Shown piece after piece: positions 1 through 12,319 of a stretch of DNA of 64,000 nt. The position numbers and the translations under genes were made by a program. Below the pieces are notes generated by a model. That model did no database searches, was not told the DNA's origin, and saw only the letters and a program-made list of their open reading frames with translations. The stretch lies in the NCBI GenBank assembly GCA_028534125.1, contig CM052817.1, positions 54,500,001 through 54,564,000 on the forward strand, given 5' to 3'. Each line of letters starts with the position of its first letter. Position 1 is the first letter of the stretch. Source of the stretch: Lama glama. Taxonomy: Eukaryota.

Positions 1-1334
1 CTGATATCCAAATTTTGGAACTTTTCATTTCCTCTTTTCTTGTCTAATTCTCTTCTACTCTAAATTGCTTTGGAGTCTGTCTTTCTCTAAAACCAATGCC
101 TCAAAATATATCGAGTATAAATAAGTGATAAAATCCCCCTTTTCAATACCTCCCAATCAATGCAGATTTTTCCTGATTTATTTTTGAGTGTCTAGTTACT
201 TCTATTATGTAGGTAATTTTAGTGTCTCATAAAAGGCTTTCCTTACTACATTTACTTCTTTCTTCTTTCTCTCTATTATCGGATTCTGCATCATGATATT
301 CTGACAAAGACATACTTCATCAGGGGGAAACTAAATAGGGAAAGAGGACATTCTCTTTAATGAGATAAAAAGAATGGGGAAATTTATGAGTTAAATTTTT
401 TACCCTTGTAACATATTGACCCTGGTCCATCCTTACAGATGCCTTCAAAGGCAAATCCGATATGTAAATGGCACATTCAGATGATCCTTGTATTGACAAA
501 CTGACTCCCTCTTTTCATTCTTTTACCAGGAGCAGAGGAGGAGGACTTGGCGAGTACTGTGTAATTTACCTGGAGAAAATCCAGAAACATCGCCAAGCAG
601 AGCCTTGTTGGGTTTATCACAGTCTCCCCTACTCTCCACATTAGGCTGGAGGAAGGGCACTTGCCAATAATTTCCTGCACTTTCCAGATGTCACTGAACA
701 GTAGTTTGAAAAACTAATTCTGCTTACTTTATAACAATATTGTTATTTACCACTGAAAGATAGTTTTCTTTGCCAAAACCAGAGCAAATGTGTAACCAGC
801 TGAGTTCTGAATGCAATTTTATCCTAACTGAATTCTGAATGCAAGCACAGTATTCTCCTTAGGTCCAGTCCTGGCCTGTAACTAGCAGAGTCCACTGAGT
901 AAGGTTAGGGAAACTGTTTATTTCAGCCCTCTGGAATTTTTTAACTTTTAAAGGCAGAGACACTTGTATCCTTTCTGGTTTATCAGATTTATTCTCTACT
1001 TCAGTTTGAATTTCTTTAGTTGATTCGATTTCCTGAAAGCTTCTAATTTGTCCTTATTTTCCTCTTTAGCTCTGATTTGCTTCACCAACAGTGAGAATGT
1101 GGGAGATTCTGAAAGAGCAGGGAATTTCAATAGAATGTATGACTTCTTTACTCTAAATCACTTCCATTTTAACTTACTTCTGAGACTCCATGTCTTGTTC
1201 CTCAGTCCCTTGTGGAATTATCCACGAGAGTTAATACTGCCTATCCATGAAACCAAATACGTTTCCCTGGCTTTATGTACATCTATGAAATTGGGAGAGG
1301 CAGAAGTGCTATCTACTCTATTCTTGTTTCAGTA

Positions 1335-1886
1335 CAGTGGTTGGCGAAGTTTTTCTTTTTTAAAAAATATAGCACCTTAGCTATTTTTAAAATTTTATTT
1401 ATTTATCACTGTATTATTTAATTATTTTATTTGGGGGCAGGTAATTAGGTTTGTTTATTTTTTTAGAGGTGGTACTGGGGATTGAACCCAGGACCTTTGT
1501 GCATGCTAAGCATGTGCTCTACCACTTGAGCTATACCCTCCCTACTCTTGGCAAACTTTTTCTGTTAAGGATCAGTTCATAAAAATTTTAAGTGGTACAG
1601 GCCATATATGGTCTCTATCCCAAATTCTCCGCTCTGGCCTTGTGATATGAAAGCAACCATAAATAATATGTAAATGAATGAGTGTTACTATGTCACCGTA
1701 AAACTTTATAATAGACCCTGAAATTTAAATTTCATATAATTTTCCCATGTCACCAAATATAATTCTTCTTTTGGTATTTTTTCTAACCACTTAAAATAAA
1801 AACAATTCTCATGACAAGTAGAAAAACAAATAAACAAACATGCAGTGGGCTGGTTTTAGCTTCTGAGACATTATTTGCCTACCCCT
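1335..1886 (+). mobile_element. MER58B-like hAT-Charlie MITE, interrupted near its left end by a SINE
   Basis: Starts cagtggttggcgaagttttt, resumes ttggcaaactttttctgttaaggatcag...ggccatatatggtctct...taaaactttat and ends tttgcctacccct, matching the recalled MER58 layout and terminal inverted repeats. Confidence 0.75.
1357..1547 (-). mobile_element. Camelid tRNA-derived SINE (Vic-1-like)
   Basis: Reverse complement reads gggagggtatagctcaagtggtagagcacatgcttagcatgcacaaaggtcctgggttcaatccccagtacc (A and B boxes) plus an AT-rich tail. Imperfect TSD ttggcgaagtttttct (1341-1356) / ttggcaaactttttct (1548-1563). Confidence 0.9.
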
Positions 1887-2581
1887 CTTCAAGGGACTTA
1901 GTCCCTTTATAGATACACTGTTTTTAAAGCTTTAAATCCCAATGCAAAACTTGAAGACTAATTAAAAATGATGGCATTTCTCTGTAAATTCCGAGCAGCT
2001 CTTGCCTATTTTCCAAATTCTTTTGGCAAATGACATACATACATAATTCAAAACTTTAAAACAAAATTCTAAAAAAAAACAAGTCCCTTTTTAACACCAA
2101 GCCCTTCAAAGATTTGGTATTGATGATGGAGCAATGGGGAGAAGCCACTCACTTACCACACAAGGGTGAACTTAGAACTCTTCTTCTAATAAAGACTCAA
2201 ATTTCTTAAACTTGATTGTATTATCATGCTAAATTCTCAGCAGTCCTGATTTTTATCCCAGGATTATTTCAAACTCTTAGATGAGCCATCCAAATGTATC
2301 TCTTTTCACTCCTGGACCCATGTGTCCAGAGAACGCCAGTGTCTGAATGATAAAGGTCACTTTAATAAAAACTCAATATACAGTCATAATCTTTTCTCAC
2401 TCTGGGTTTCATTTACCTTCACTACCCAAACATCAAGAAATATCCCTCTCTCTTCCTGCTTCTCTAGCACATGTGGCTTCTTCCCTCCTCTTTTCTTCTC
2501 AGGTTTATCATATGTATCTGCTTGGTCTCTTGTGGCAAGTTTTTTTTCCCTCATTCTCACAATTTTTCTTTCTCTGCACAG

Positions 2582-2620
2582 CGTTAGATTCTGCAGCTCA
2601 AAAGAACTGGATTGCACAAG
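2582..2620 (+). other. Candidate 39-nt exon, host gene unknown
   Basis: Branch-like ttctcac, polypyrimidine tract aatttttctttctctgcacAG, 39 nt, then AAG|gtagga. Two of three frames are open. Confidence 0.3.
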
Positions 2621-5309
2621 GTAGGATTTTTGGTGGGGAGAGTCTGAAGGAGCAAAGACAGCATTGTTTGTGATCACAGGACTTGGGTGTGTGCAAGATA
2701 CTAGAAGTATTTGCATATTATTCATCTTAGGATTCATCATATAATAGATAAGTAAAGGAAGGGAGAACCAACAGTTTCTTTCAAATAATAATAGTAGTAA
2801 TTATGATAAAAATAAGTATCAGAAATGTTTTGTTAAAAATGGAAGAATTGTTGATTCATGAGAACTAGAATGAATCTAAAGTTAATATTCATTAAATATT
2901 AAATGAAATAGAAAATGGTAACACTTATGGGTCTGGAAGGACTCTGACAGATTATGAAAATTGCTAACACTTAGCTTACACAGAGTTTCTCCTCACACCT
3001 CACACCTAACAGAAATGTCTATAGTAACTTTTCGGTTTCAAATATTAGAGGTCTGTAAATATCAAGCAATTTGCATATGAAAAATGCACCAATGTTACCA
3101 GTATTTTTTTCTTAAAATTTGTACTTTAGTGTCCTAGTCCTTAAAACTAGATTTCAATATAGAAAATTTTTTATGAGGCTGCAAAATTTCCTCACATTGG
3201 CTAGCATAGGTCCTGATTTTTCCACTCGTCCTTTTCAAGGGAAAAGTGGTTTTCAATATTTATAAATTCTCTCCCTGCCCATCTGACCCTGAGGCTGCTT
3301 CACCACCTGAGCCACACATCCTTTTTTCCATGGCGATCAATCCATTCTCACCCAGTAATACTTCTTGTTGATCTGTAGAATGAATTGTCAGACCAGGTTT
3401 TTTAGTGCCTTTCCTTTTACGTCTCTGCAAGTTCAACATATGGTTATTTTCCACTTTTGCTCTGTCTTTTCCAAGTGAACATTTTCTTAAACAAGGCAGG
3501 TTGGAATGGCAAAGTAGATAAAGCTGCTGAACTGGTCACACCGCAAAACAACACTTCTTACTGAGCAGTGCTTCCCATGCATTCTTTCCTCTTCCTCACC
3601 AGGACTTTATCAGGTGGGTGCTATTTAATTCTTGTTTCAAAATGAAAAAAAATGATGCATAAGGGGGTGATGTTTATCAAATATAATTTAATAGTATGCG
3701 AAGGAGATTGAAATACTTCACTGTAATTATAATCCTGCTCCACATTACAGGCTGAACTATGTATTAACTTGACTCATGAACCTGCTCTAGTTCCATACTT
3801 TCTAATTTTCCAGTTACTGATTTGTTAAGTAAAGATAACAATGGTTTTCCTTCTCACATCACATAGGATCAAACTGACTCCACAATGATAATATGTAAAA
3901 TTCCATCAAAAGCAAAATATTTGCTTGTGTGACCATCTCTCTACTTTTCTCTACTCTTCTACTTGCTCATTCTCTACTCATCCTTCACTTTTGCCTTTAT
4001 CCACAGAATATACTATTTTTTTCTTTTGTCTTAGAGAGAGAGACGGTGAGAGACAGAGAGAGAATGAAAGAATCATGGCTTCTTATATTAGGAAAAGAAA
4101 AGTCTTACAGTTAGAATTTGAAATTATAGAAAGTAATCTCTAAGGCCTTTCAAGTACCAAGAGGTCTCAATAAGAATACTTATGAAAGCTTCCTATTCTT
4201 TCTAAATTAAAATTTATTTTATTCCAAATATGACACACACATACTTCCATTTGAAAATTTAGAAATAAACTAAATTATTTTATTGAATAATTGCTCTTCT
4301 TCCACTGGATTTGGAACTAGAGATACAATTATTAATGAGGCCACATTCTCAAAATAATTACCATCTATTAGAGGAAATGCACACCCATACACTCATAATT
4401 ACAAATTAATGAAATAAATGCTAAAATTGAGTGCTGTGTTTGGCAAGCAAATAGATTCATCCAATCTGGATAGAATTTGGAGACGGCAAAGAGAGAGGAT
4501 AGGGAAGGTAAAGAGCTAAGTATTGGGAGGAAGGATGGAGAATAGTTCAAAAAACAGGTGATTTGTGACTTGCTCAAAGCAACATTGCAAAAATTGGGCA
4601 AATAAATCAGGGATTGTTCTATGCTGATTAAGGTAAAAAAGTAGAATTTTTATTGTAACATATCTGTTGTGATTGGAATTTTATGTCATTGAAGCATGAG
4701 AGAATTTACAAAATCCAGCTATTCGTAAGTTTCAAGAGAGCCATCAGATTACAACTTCCTTGTCTTTAAATGGATATGTGAAGAAAGACTTTAACATTCA
4801 TGTTTTTCTGAACTTTGCCACTGAGCTCAAACTTGACCATTTCCTCAGGCCTAAACTCTCTCTGTTAGCTTTTCTGGTTCTAGACCTGTTTCAGGAATGT
4901 GGATACAGGAGTCACATAGGAGTATGACTTCAACTCTGATTGATTATACCTCTTTTAAGAACTGACAAATGGTCAGTTTGACCTTGAAGTTCTTAAATGT
5001 AGAAATTACCCTGGGCAGAGAAAATGAGTCCAGATTTCATCACTCATTCATTCATTCATCCACTTATTCATTATTCTTCCATCTGAAATGGAAAAAATCC
5101 TTTCAGAGAAGAGCCATGGTACTCAATGTTTAGTTATATTTCATGTCAGTACACACCATCATAATGGGAATTTTCCCATTAGAAATAAGCAGCTATTGAT
5201 AGTCCATAGAGAAGACATTGGTAGATACAATGACACTTTTTCCCCTTCCTCTGTTTTTGTGTTTTTAAAAGAGAATTTATTATTCTTTGAGGCTTTTAAT
5301 TGGCTTTCT

Positions 5310-5738
5310 CTGAAATGCCACAGTGTGATCATGTGATCCAGCTCTGGCCAACCACAGTATATCATCCCCCTCTGTCACACCCCCAGGCACACTGATCAAG
5401 TCAGGAAAAGACAAATGTGTTCCTATTAGTTGGGACAATCAAAGTCCCCAGGATACAGTTTTTCTTGAGCTATTGGTAAACAGGCTCTTCCTCTCTTTGG
5501 TGTCTAACAGGTAATATGTAAGCTAAAACTGTTATAGAACATGGTTTTTGTTATATGTAGAAAGTCAGCCTGAGAATAAAGCCAACAGAGGGGGAAGCAG
5601 AGGAGAGAAGTAGATAGAGAGAGAGAGAAACTCTTGAATCTAGCCAAGTGTATCCCAGTTTCACCTCTGAGTCTATTGCATTTTGCTTAATTTAGTTTAA
5701 GCTGTATTTCATTCATTGTAAGATTCTTGACAAATATA
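5310..5738 (+). mobile_element. Old MaLR LTR (MLT1K/L-like)
   Basis: Motifs catgtgatccagctctggccaacc, cagcctgagaataaagccaacagagg...gaagcagagg, and 3' end ttttgcttaatttagtttaagctg...cttgacaaatata. Confidence 0.65.
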
Positions 5739-6457
5739 ACACCTAAAATGTACTTTGATGATGAAAGGAGGAGAAGTAACTCATCTCTTTTTATTTTCCT
5801 GGTGATTATAAAAAGATGGCTCTCCTCTAATATTTAGAATCTTAGAAAAGGAAGTAAAAACGTGGTGTGTTTTTACTTTTTGGTCTTTACGGTTGCATTT
5901 TGGATCAAAATAATTTAAAAAAATATAGACTTTAATCTTTTGAAAAAATATAGATTTTAATCAGAGCATAAGTTATATTTGGCATCCAATTCTTTAAGGA
6001 GTTTCCCATGCTTTTAAATTTTATTAAACTCTGATCAGCCATTATGATTAATATTGGGATTAGCAGTTAATAAGTGAAACAGTCAAATTTGGAAAAGAGC
6101 AGCTGTGCTTTAAAAATATAGTTATGTAAACATTGGATTAAATAACATTACAGAAAAAAATCCTTGAGAATACTGAAATGTACGAAAAGCCCAAGAATCA
6201 AGGAGAAATTTTATATATTGCTTTAGGTCCATATCAGCTAAGCACATTTTATTTTAGAGGTGGGATGATGGGCATAAGAAACAGGAGAGGGGGAAATGAA
6301 GTTCAGTGAAGATCCAGAAAACAAGTAGAAGCAGAATCTTAAGATCACTGTGTAAATATCAAAGTAGCCCCTTGGCTCTCAGGGACCAGAGGTATACCGA
6401 AGTCAGTGGATGGAATAATGGGGACCCTGGGTCATGCAAAACAGCTACACAAAGGAG

Positions 6458-6475
6458 ACACACACACACACACAC
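6458..6475. repeat. (AC)n microsatellite
   Basis: acacacacacacacacac seen directly. Confidence 0.9.
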
Positions 6476-6827
6476 TATATGTCTAGTGCTAGAGGAAAAT
6501 AAAGATGAAATGCACCACAGAAAGGACAATTTCGTTACACTGTTTTTCTAGGGTGTGGTTATACAATGGTCTAGTAGCTTAAAATCTGATGCTGTTTAAA
6601 ATTTTTCTAGAGTTGCCAGATATATTTAAGGAGTCAAGAAGTATACCTACAAATGGGGAACAAAGCACAAGACTGGGACAGACATGCATGAACTTTCCTG
6701 AGGGAAGAGTGAGAGTACACTCCTTATCATATCAATAAGCAAAGGCAAAGAGGTAAACGGAATAATCCAGCTGTAGGAGTCTGTTTCACCCAGGCAGAAC
6801 TTCACTTCACGCAGCATAGTTCAACAC

Positions 6828-7020
6828 AGCAATTGGCAAGTTACTCTGTAAAGAGCCCTATAGTAAATATTTTAGGGTTTGTAGGCCAGATGATCTGTGT
6901 CTCAACTACTCAAATCTGGCTTTGTAGTACAAAAGCAGTCTTAGGTAATACATAAATTAATGAGTGCAGCTGTGTTCGAATAAAACTTGACAAAAATGTT
7001 ACTGTAGTCTGTAGACCCTG
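6828..7020 (+). mobile_element. MER58A-like hAT-Charlie MITE
   Basis: ttggcaagttactctgtaaagagccctatagtaaatattttagggtttgtaggccag...ctcaactactcaa...gctgtgttcgaataaaactt...gaccctg. Confidence 0.8.
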
Positions 7021-7069
7021 ATAGAAGAGATAAAAGTACCCATTAATGGTGTCTCTGAAGATAAAAATA

Positions 7070-7215
7070 ATTGCCCTGATGAGGAATGTTTGCTCAGTTC
7101 TGTGGTATAAATATCACCACCACGGCCAGTTTCAAACTACCGATTGTTTGAAAATCAACTTTCAAAATTTCTGAAAATTAACAGTCAGTATTTAGGAGCC
7201 CATTCAAGACAACTG
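7070..7215 (-). mobile_element. MER63-like hAT-Blackjack fragment
   Basis: tgtggtataaatatcaccaccacggccagtttcaaactacc and caaaatttctgaaaattaacagtcag resemble the reverse complement of MER63A. Confidence 0.55.
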
Positions 7216-8614
7216 CAGGATACCATAAGAAAAAGTCCCACCTACAGAGACGTAAAAGAGCTGGTGTCCTGACACAATTTTTAAGATTCTGCAATCTTAA
7301 ATTACTTTCCCGCCATCTACGTTCTCCTATCCTTGCTCCCCACATCTGCTTTCGGGAGTCACATTCCCAAAAAACCATCTGCATGTAAGCCTCTGGCTTG
7401 GGCATTGCTCAACCTCAGAGTTACAAAATGTTTATATTTTATATTCTCATTTATTTAATGGTTCCTTTACTTATATTTCTCTAATATGCGGTGATGAGAT
7501 TTTTGAGCAAGTACCTATATTTATCAGTGGGTTATTTGAGAAAAATAGACACCTAGCGATCAATTAATGACTTTATACTGTAGACCTGTAATAGAAATCA
7601 CTACATATAATGAGGTATTCAAAATCAAAGGAAACATAGTGTAAAAGAGAGCATGTTTAGAAGGAGACCACAAAATGGGCTGAAAGAGAACATAATTACG
7701 AAATAAAGAAATGAGAAACAAGCTTGGGCTCTTTGAGGGATGGATAAAAACTCTAGGTCCAACTACTCCTTATTAGACCATTTTCATAATGAACCAGTTC
7801 CAAAAGAGTCAAAGTAGATGTGCACTTGGTGCTAAATGAGTTTAGAAATAAAACAAAGCTGCGAAAGCCTTCTTTTATCGTCTGTCAAATTAGAAAAACC
7901 AAGTAGGTCTTTGTTCTTGTAATAGTCTATTTGCTTAAATACATCGACAAGTGGCAGGGGAATCATTTAAATGTTTGCAGGCAGTCAACCGCATTAAAGA
8001 ATCACAAGAAAACAGGCTGAACTCTGCAGTCAAACTGCCAACTTTATTCTAATTAATAACTCTAAACTGTGTAGCTATTCATAGATTGCTTACATTTGGG
8101 AGATATGAATGTTAAGGTTAGAGGCTGAAATTAGAGGTAAAATAAAACTATCACTATATGTGAAATTTTGGGTAATCCATCTAGAGGTAAAAGGAGGCTG
8201 AACATCTTTTGAGATTTAAAAAGGTTCTGTAATACAAATAGTATGTGACAAACAGAATGCTTTTATTTCATAGTTTTCTCACAGTCCTATCTTCAAGGTG
8301 TTTATCACTCACTAGTCTATCATGGAATCATCTGTTATCTGTCTCACCTGAAACTTCCCTCATAAGAGTTGCTTAGAGATGCAAGATATGAGAATGGGGT
8401 ACATGGTCTATAAAAGATCACTACTTAGTCTTTTAAAATATGTGAAATCCTGAATATTTAAGGTAGCAAAATTCAGTTTCTGTTCTCTGGAAACTTACTG
8501 TTTCTATCTCCATTTTCCCTGCTTCCCTTTATAGGCGGACTTTGCTTCAAATTTTACTCAGATAAATGAAGGTTTGCATAAAGTGGATTGGAATTTTAAA
8601 CTGTAAATAATTTC

Positions 8615-8945
8615 TGCCTTAGTCTGTTCAGGCTGCTATAATAAAAATACTGTAACTGCTGGATATGTTTATTTCTCACAGGTCTGGAAGCTAGGAAGTC
8701 CAAGATCATGGTGCTAGGAGATTTGGTGTCTCATGAGAACCCATTTCGCCATTTCTCATTGATCATCTTTCCACTGTAACCTCAGGTGATGGAAGGAGTG
8801 AGGGAGTTTTCATGGCTTCTTTTATGCGGATACTAATCACCTCCCAAAGACTCCCACCTCCTAATACCATCTCTTGGGGGTTAGGATTTTAACATATGAA
8901 TTTGGGGGCTGGGGTGCAGGAGGCACAAATACTCACTCTATAGTA
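8615..8945 (-). mobile_element. MaLR solo LTR (MLT1A-like)
   Basis: cttagtctgttcaggctgctataa...tttatttctcacag...ggaagtccaagatca...ctaatcacctcccaaag...cctcctaataccatc...ttaggattttaacatatgaatttgggg. Confidence 0.85.
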
Positions 8946-9409
8946 ATTCCTAAGTGCAGATAATGGGTCAGACCCCACCTCCTCACAACCATTGGATACC
9001 TTGTTTTATTAGAGTGCCTGGACCACAGTGAGAAAATAATAAACTTTTTAAAAAATGAATTTTAAGTAAGTCAGTGGAGATTTAAATAAAGAAGCAATTA
9101 TACTATATTGTGATAAGAGCTTTAAGAGATGCCTTTTCTGGTTGAGAGGTGTAAAGCAGCATGCTCAAGATCACAGGGATATGTAATGTGAAACCTAGCA
9201 TTTCACCTAATTTTTATGACTCCCTTTCCTGTGCTCTTTCTACCTTTTCACATCAGAGAAGAAATATAGAGAGTAATTTACAAGAGTTGGTAAATTTTGT
9301 TGAGAAAAGTTTAACAGTGGAAAAAGGACTAAAATAATTTCTTTAAAAAGTGGTATCTAGTAGCTGAACAGGAAAACTTTACTGTCACAGACGATTTTGG
9401 AGTCATTTA

Positions 9410-9890
9410 CTTTGCCCACAAGCCTCCTCTTTCTTCCATGGAGAGGGATCCTGCCCTTCCACAGAGAAAGGCAGGAATTTTTGTTCTACATGATCCTAGG
9501 TCTTTGTCCACAGTCACCTGGGCCAATTGGTCTTTCTCTCCTGGAAATTTGGAATTAGCATTCAGGAACGGCTATTAAATCTCTACAAACAGCTGAAAAT
9601 GGGATATGTATTAAATACAAACCATGGAGAGCCTTTGTTAATCGCTGGACTGAGAAGTAGGGAGAGGAGGTCTACAGAGAATGGAGCAGACGTGCAGAGA
9701 GAAGCAGAGACAAGCCAGGGAGAAACACAGCACCACCTAGTTCTTGGAGGCTTTCTGGCTGTTGATTTTAGAACCTTCCTGAAGCCAAGCTAAGGCCTTT
9801 TCTTGGGTCCTGGGTGAAACCACATTGTTCTTATCTTAGTAGCCTTAATTGGTTTTTATTAATTGCAAATTTGGCTTTTATTACAAACAA
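9410..9890 (+). mobile_element. Old MaLR LTR (MLT1K/L/M-like)
   Basis: cagagaatggagcagacgtgcagagagaagcagaga, ttcctgaagccaagct and a T-rich ...ttgcaa end. Confidence 0.5.
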
Positions 9891-9929
9891 GATTGCAATT
9901 TGAGTTGTTTTGTTCTGTAAATTATCTCC

Positions 9930-10580
9930 TTCATGCCTTTGCTCAAACATCACCTTTTCATTGAAACCAGACTAGATCACTCCATTTAAAATTCTAATAT
10001 CACTCCTCCTCCTGTTGTGGGCTGAATTGTGAGCCCCTCAAAATTTATATACTAATGTCCTAAGCCCTAGTACCTCAGAATGTTATTATTTACAGATAGG
10101 ATCTTTAAAGAAGTAAATGAGTTAAAATGAGGTCATTCGGGTGAGTTCTACTCTAGTATGGTGTCCTTATAAGAAGAGAAAATTGGGACAAAGATGCAGG
10201 CACGGAGGGAAGATAATGTGAAGATGCCAGGAACCAAGGAGAGAGGCCTGGAACAGATCTTTCCCTTAAGGTCCTCAGAAGAAACTAATCCTGCCAATAC
10301 CTTCATCTTGGACTTCAGCCTCTGGAACTGTGAAACAAGAATCTTCCGCTGTTTAGGCCACCCAGTCTGTGGTATATTGTTATGACAGCACTAGCAAACT
10401 AACACATCACCTTGCAAACTGATCTCCCTAAACTTGTACTGTTGCATTATTAAATATATTTCTCATTTATTTTCTCTCTCTCTCATCCCTAGAATGCAAA
10501 TTTCATGAAAGCAGGGAGTTTTGCCTATTTTGTTCACTGGTGTTTTTCCCAGAGCTTTGAACAATGTCAAACACATGCAC
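9930..10580 (+). mobile_element. L2 3' fragment split by the MLT1B insertion
   Basis: ttgctcaaacatcaccttttca...atttaaaatt before the LTR; ctagaatgcaaatttcatgaaagcagggagttttgcctattttgttcactg after it. Confidence 0.7.
10013..10406 (+). mobile_element. MaLR solo LTR (MLT1B-like)
   Basis: TG...CA termini: tgttgtgggctgaattgtg...gttaaaatgaggtcatt...ggtgtccttataagaagag...cttggacttcagcctctggaactgtga...cccagtctgtggtat...gcaaactaacaca. Confidence 0.9.
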
Positions 10581-11861
10581 ACATATACACCTGTATTCAT
10601 ATATAAGAATTTTTAATATTGCATAATCTTTTAGGGTAGACATTAAGGACAACACGAAGAGTAGACATCACTGTGTTACTCTAGGTTAATCAACTCAATT
10701 TATCAAACTTTAAATTATCTCATGTGTAAAAATGAAATGTCTGGACTCTTAAAATACAGAGAATCCCAATATTCTATGAAGAGATGAATATTCAGGTTTT
10801 ACCTTTCTGCTGCTAAAAAGACTTTTAACCTTTGTACTTTGAAATACTTTGATGAAATTCTTTGGATCCAGAGATTTCATTTCTTCTACCTTTCTGTAAA
10901 GACTCTAGGGAATATTTATGTTCCTCCTAGTTTCTATAAATTTACCAGTGACTCTTCTACGTGAGGAGTTGGGAATGTAACAAATACGTGTGTATTTAAA
11001 TACTCAGTTTTATTTGCAAAATTAATAGTAGGTTGAAAATTCTTGTTAGTTTTGGTAGGAATTTAATTTTTCATTAAGAAAACTTTAAGGCTATTTGTGA
11101 AAAGGAATAAGTATTATAGAAAATTTGCTTTCATAAAATTACATAAATTCCTAGTCAGTCTCATTGGTGTTCCTTTCTTCCTTTTGTTCTACAAATTAAC
11201 TAGTTAGCAGGCATCCTTTAAGCTTATCCAACCTCTATTTTGGAAGGAGTTATGATGTCTATTGCAAGGTTAGTTCAAATTTTATTATTCATTTTATCCT
11301 TGACCTCAGTGGTTAAAACTATTAACTTAAGTAATGCTAATTGTGCTGGTGTTTTTTGATTTAGACACTTGTCCACCAGGACTTGGACTGAGACCAATTC
11401 ATTTCATTCTGGCCACTGAAAAGACATCAAGCTGTAATGATTTTTGGTCACTGTTCAAGAGTTTACATTAATATAAAGGGCACACAGGGTAAAACTCAAT
11501 AATAAATACCATTCTATACATTTAATTAGACATTTATGTACTAAACTGTATGAAGTAATGGGGAGAATTATGAATATATTTTAATATTTTGCAACTGAAT
11601 ATGAAGCATCATTATATATTTTGTTTTGATGCATTCTTTTCCACCATATTATAATGACAGTGCATATAAAATCTTTATAAAAGACTAACAAAGAAATTAT
11701 TTGCTTTATTCAACAAATATCTAATTGCCTAATATTCTTAAGCTACTATAGAAAGAATACATAGGATCCCAAAGTGAATAAGGCATGATCATGACCCTCA
11801 GGAGTTCCACCGTTTAGTAACGGTAATGAGATAAGTAAATGGATAATAAGTGGCAGATTTA

Positions 11862-12102
11862 AGATAATTGATAACATTTACTGAAGTACTCATCATGTGC
11901 CAGACACTCTTCTAAGCGCTTTATATATATCATACCAATTCAACCTTTTAACTACACTTTGAGGAGAGTATTGTTTTACAGATAAGGAAACTAAGTCACA
12001 GAAGGTTAAAGAAACTTTCCAATGTCATGAAATTAATAAGTAAACATTTGAACTTGTGACTTTGGCTCTTAAGTCACAGCCTTAACCTCTCTATTTTGCC
12101 TC
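11862..12102 (-). mobile_element. MIR SINE
   Basis: atgtgccagacactcttctaagcgcttta and the core ttttacagataaggaaactaagtcacagaaggttaa. Confidence 0.85.
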
Positions 12103-12319
12103 TAGGGTAAATGCTTTAAGAGCAATATAAAAACCAAACCAAACTAAACCAAACTCCTCTAAACATGTTTAACAGTTCACCTATGGCAGAAATCACATCT
12201 TTGTTGGAAGAATCCAGAAAATTTCCCAGGAAGGTTGCATTTGGATTGGGCCTCAAAGTATTTGGAACTCTAAAATGAGACATCGTCTTCAGGTAGTGAG
12301 ACTATGTCTCAAACTAGCT

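Noticed and set aside
529..640. Plus-strand exon after the acceptor-like ttttcattcttttaccAG
   Set aside because: No convincing donor follows and the peptides are unrecognisable.
800..844. 17-bp direct repeat ctgaRttctgaatgcaa (similar 20-bp pair at about 5918-5962)
   Set aside because: Only two copies each; ordinary local slippage duplications.
3352..3372. 21-nt minus-strand microexon (ctacAG|atcaacaagaagtattactgg|GTgaga)
   Set aside because: The polypyrimidine tract is weak, and such matches are expected by chance in 64 kb.
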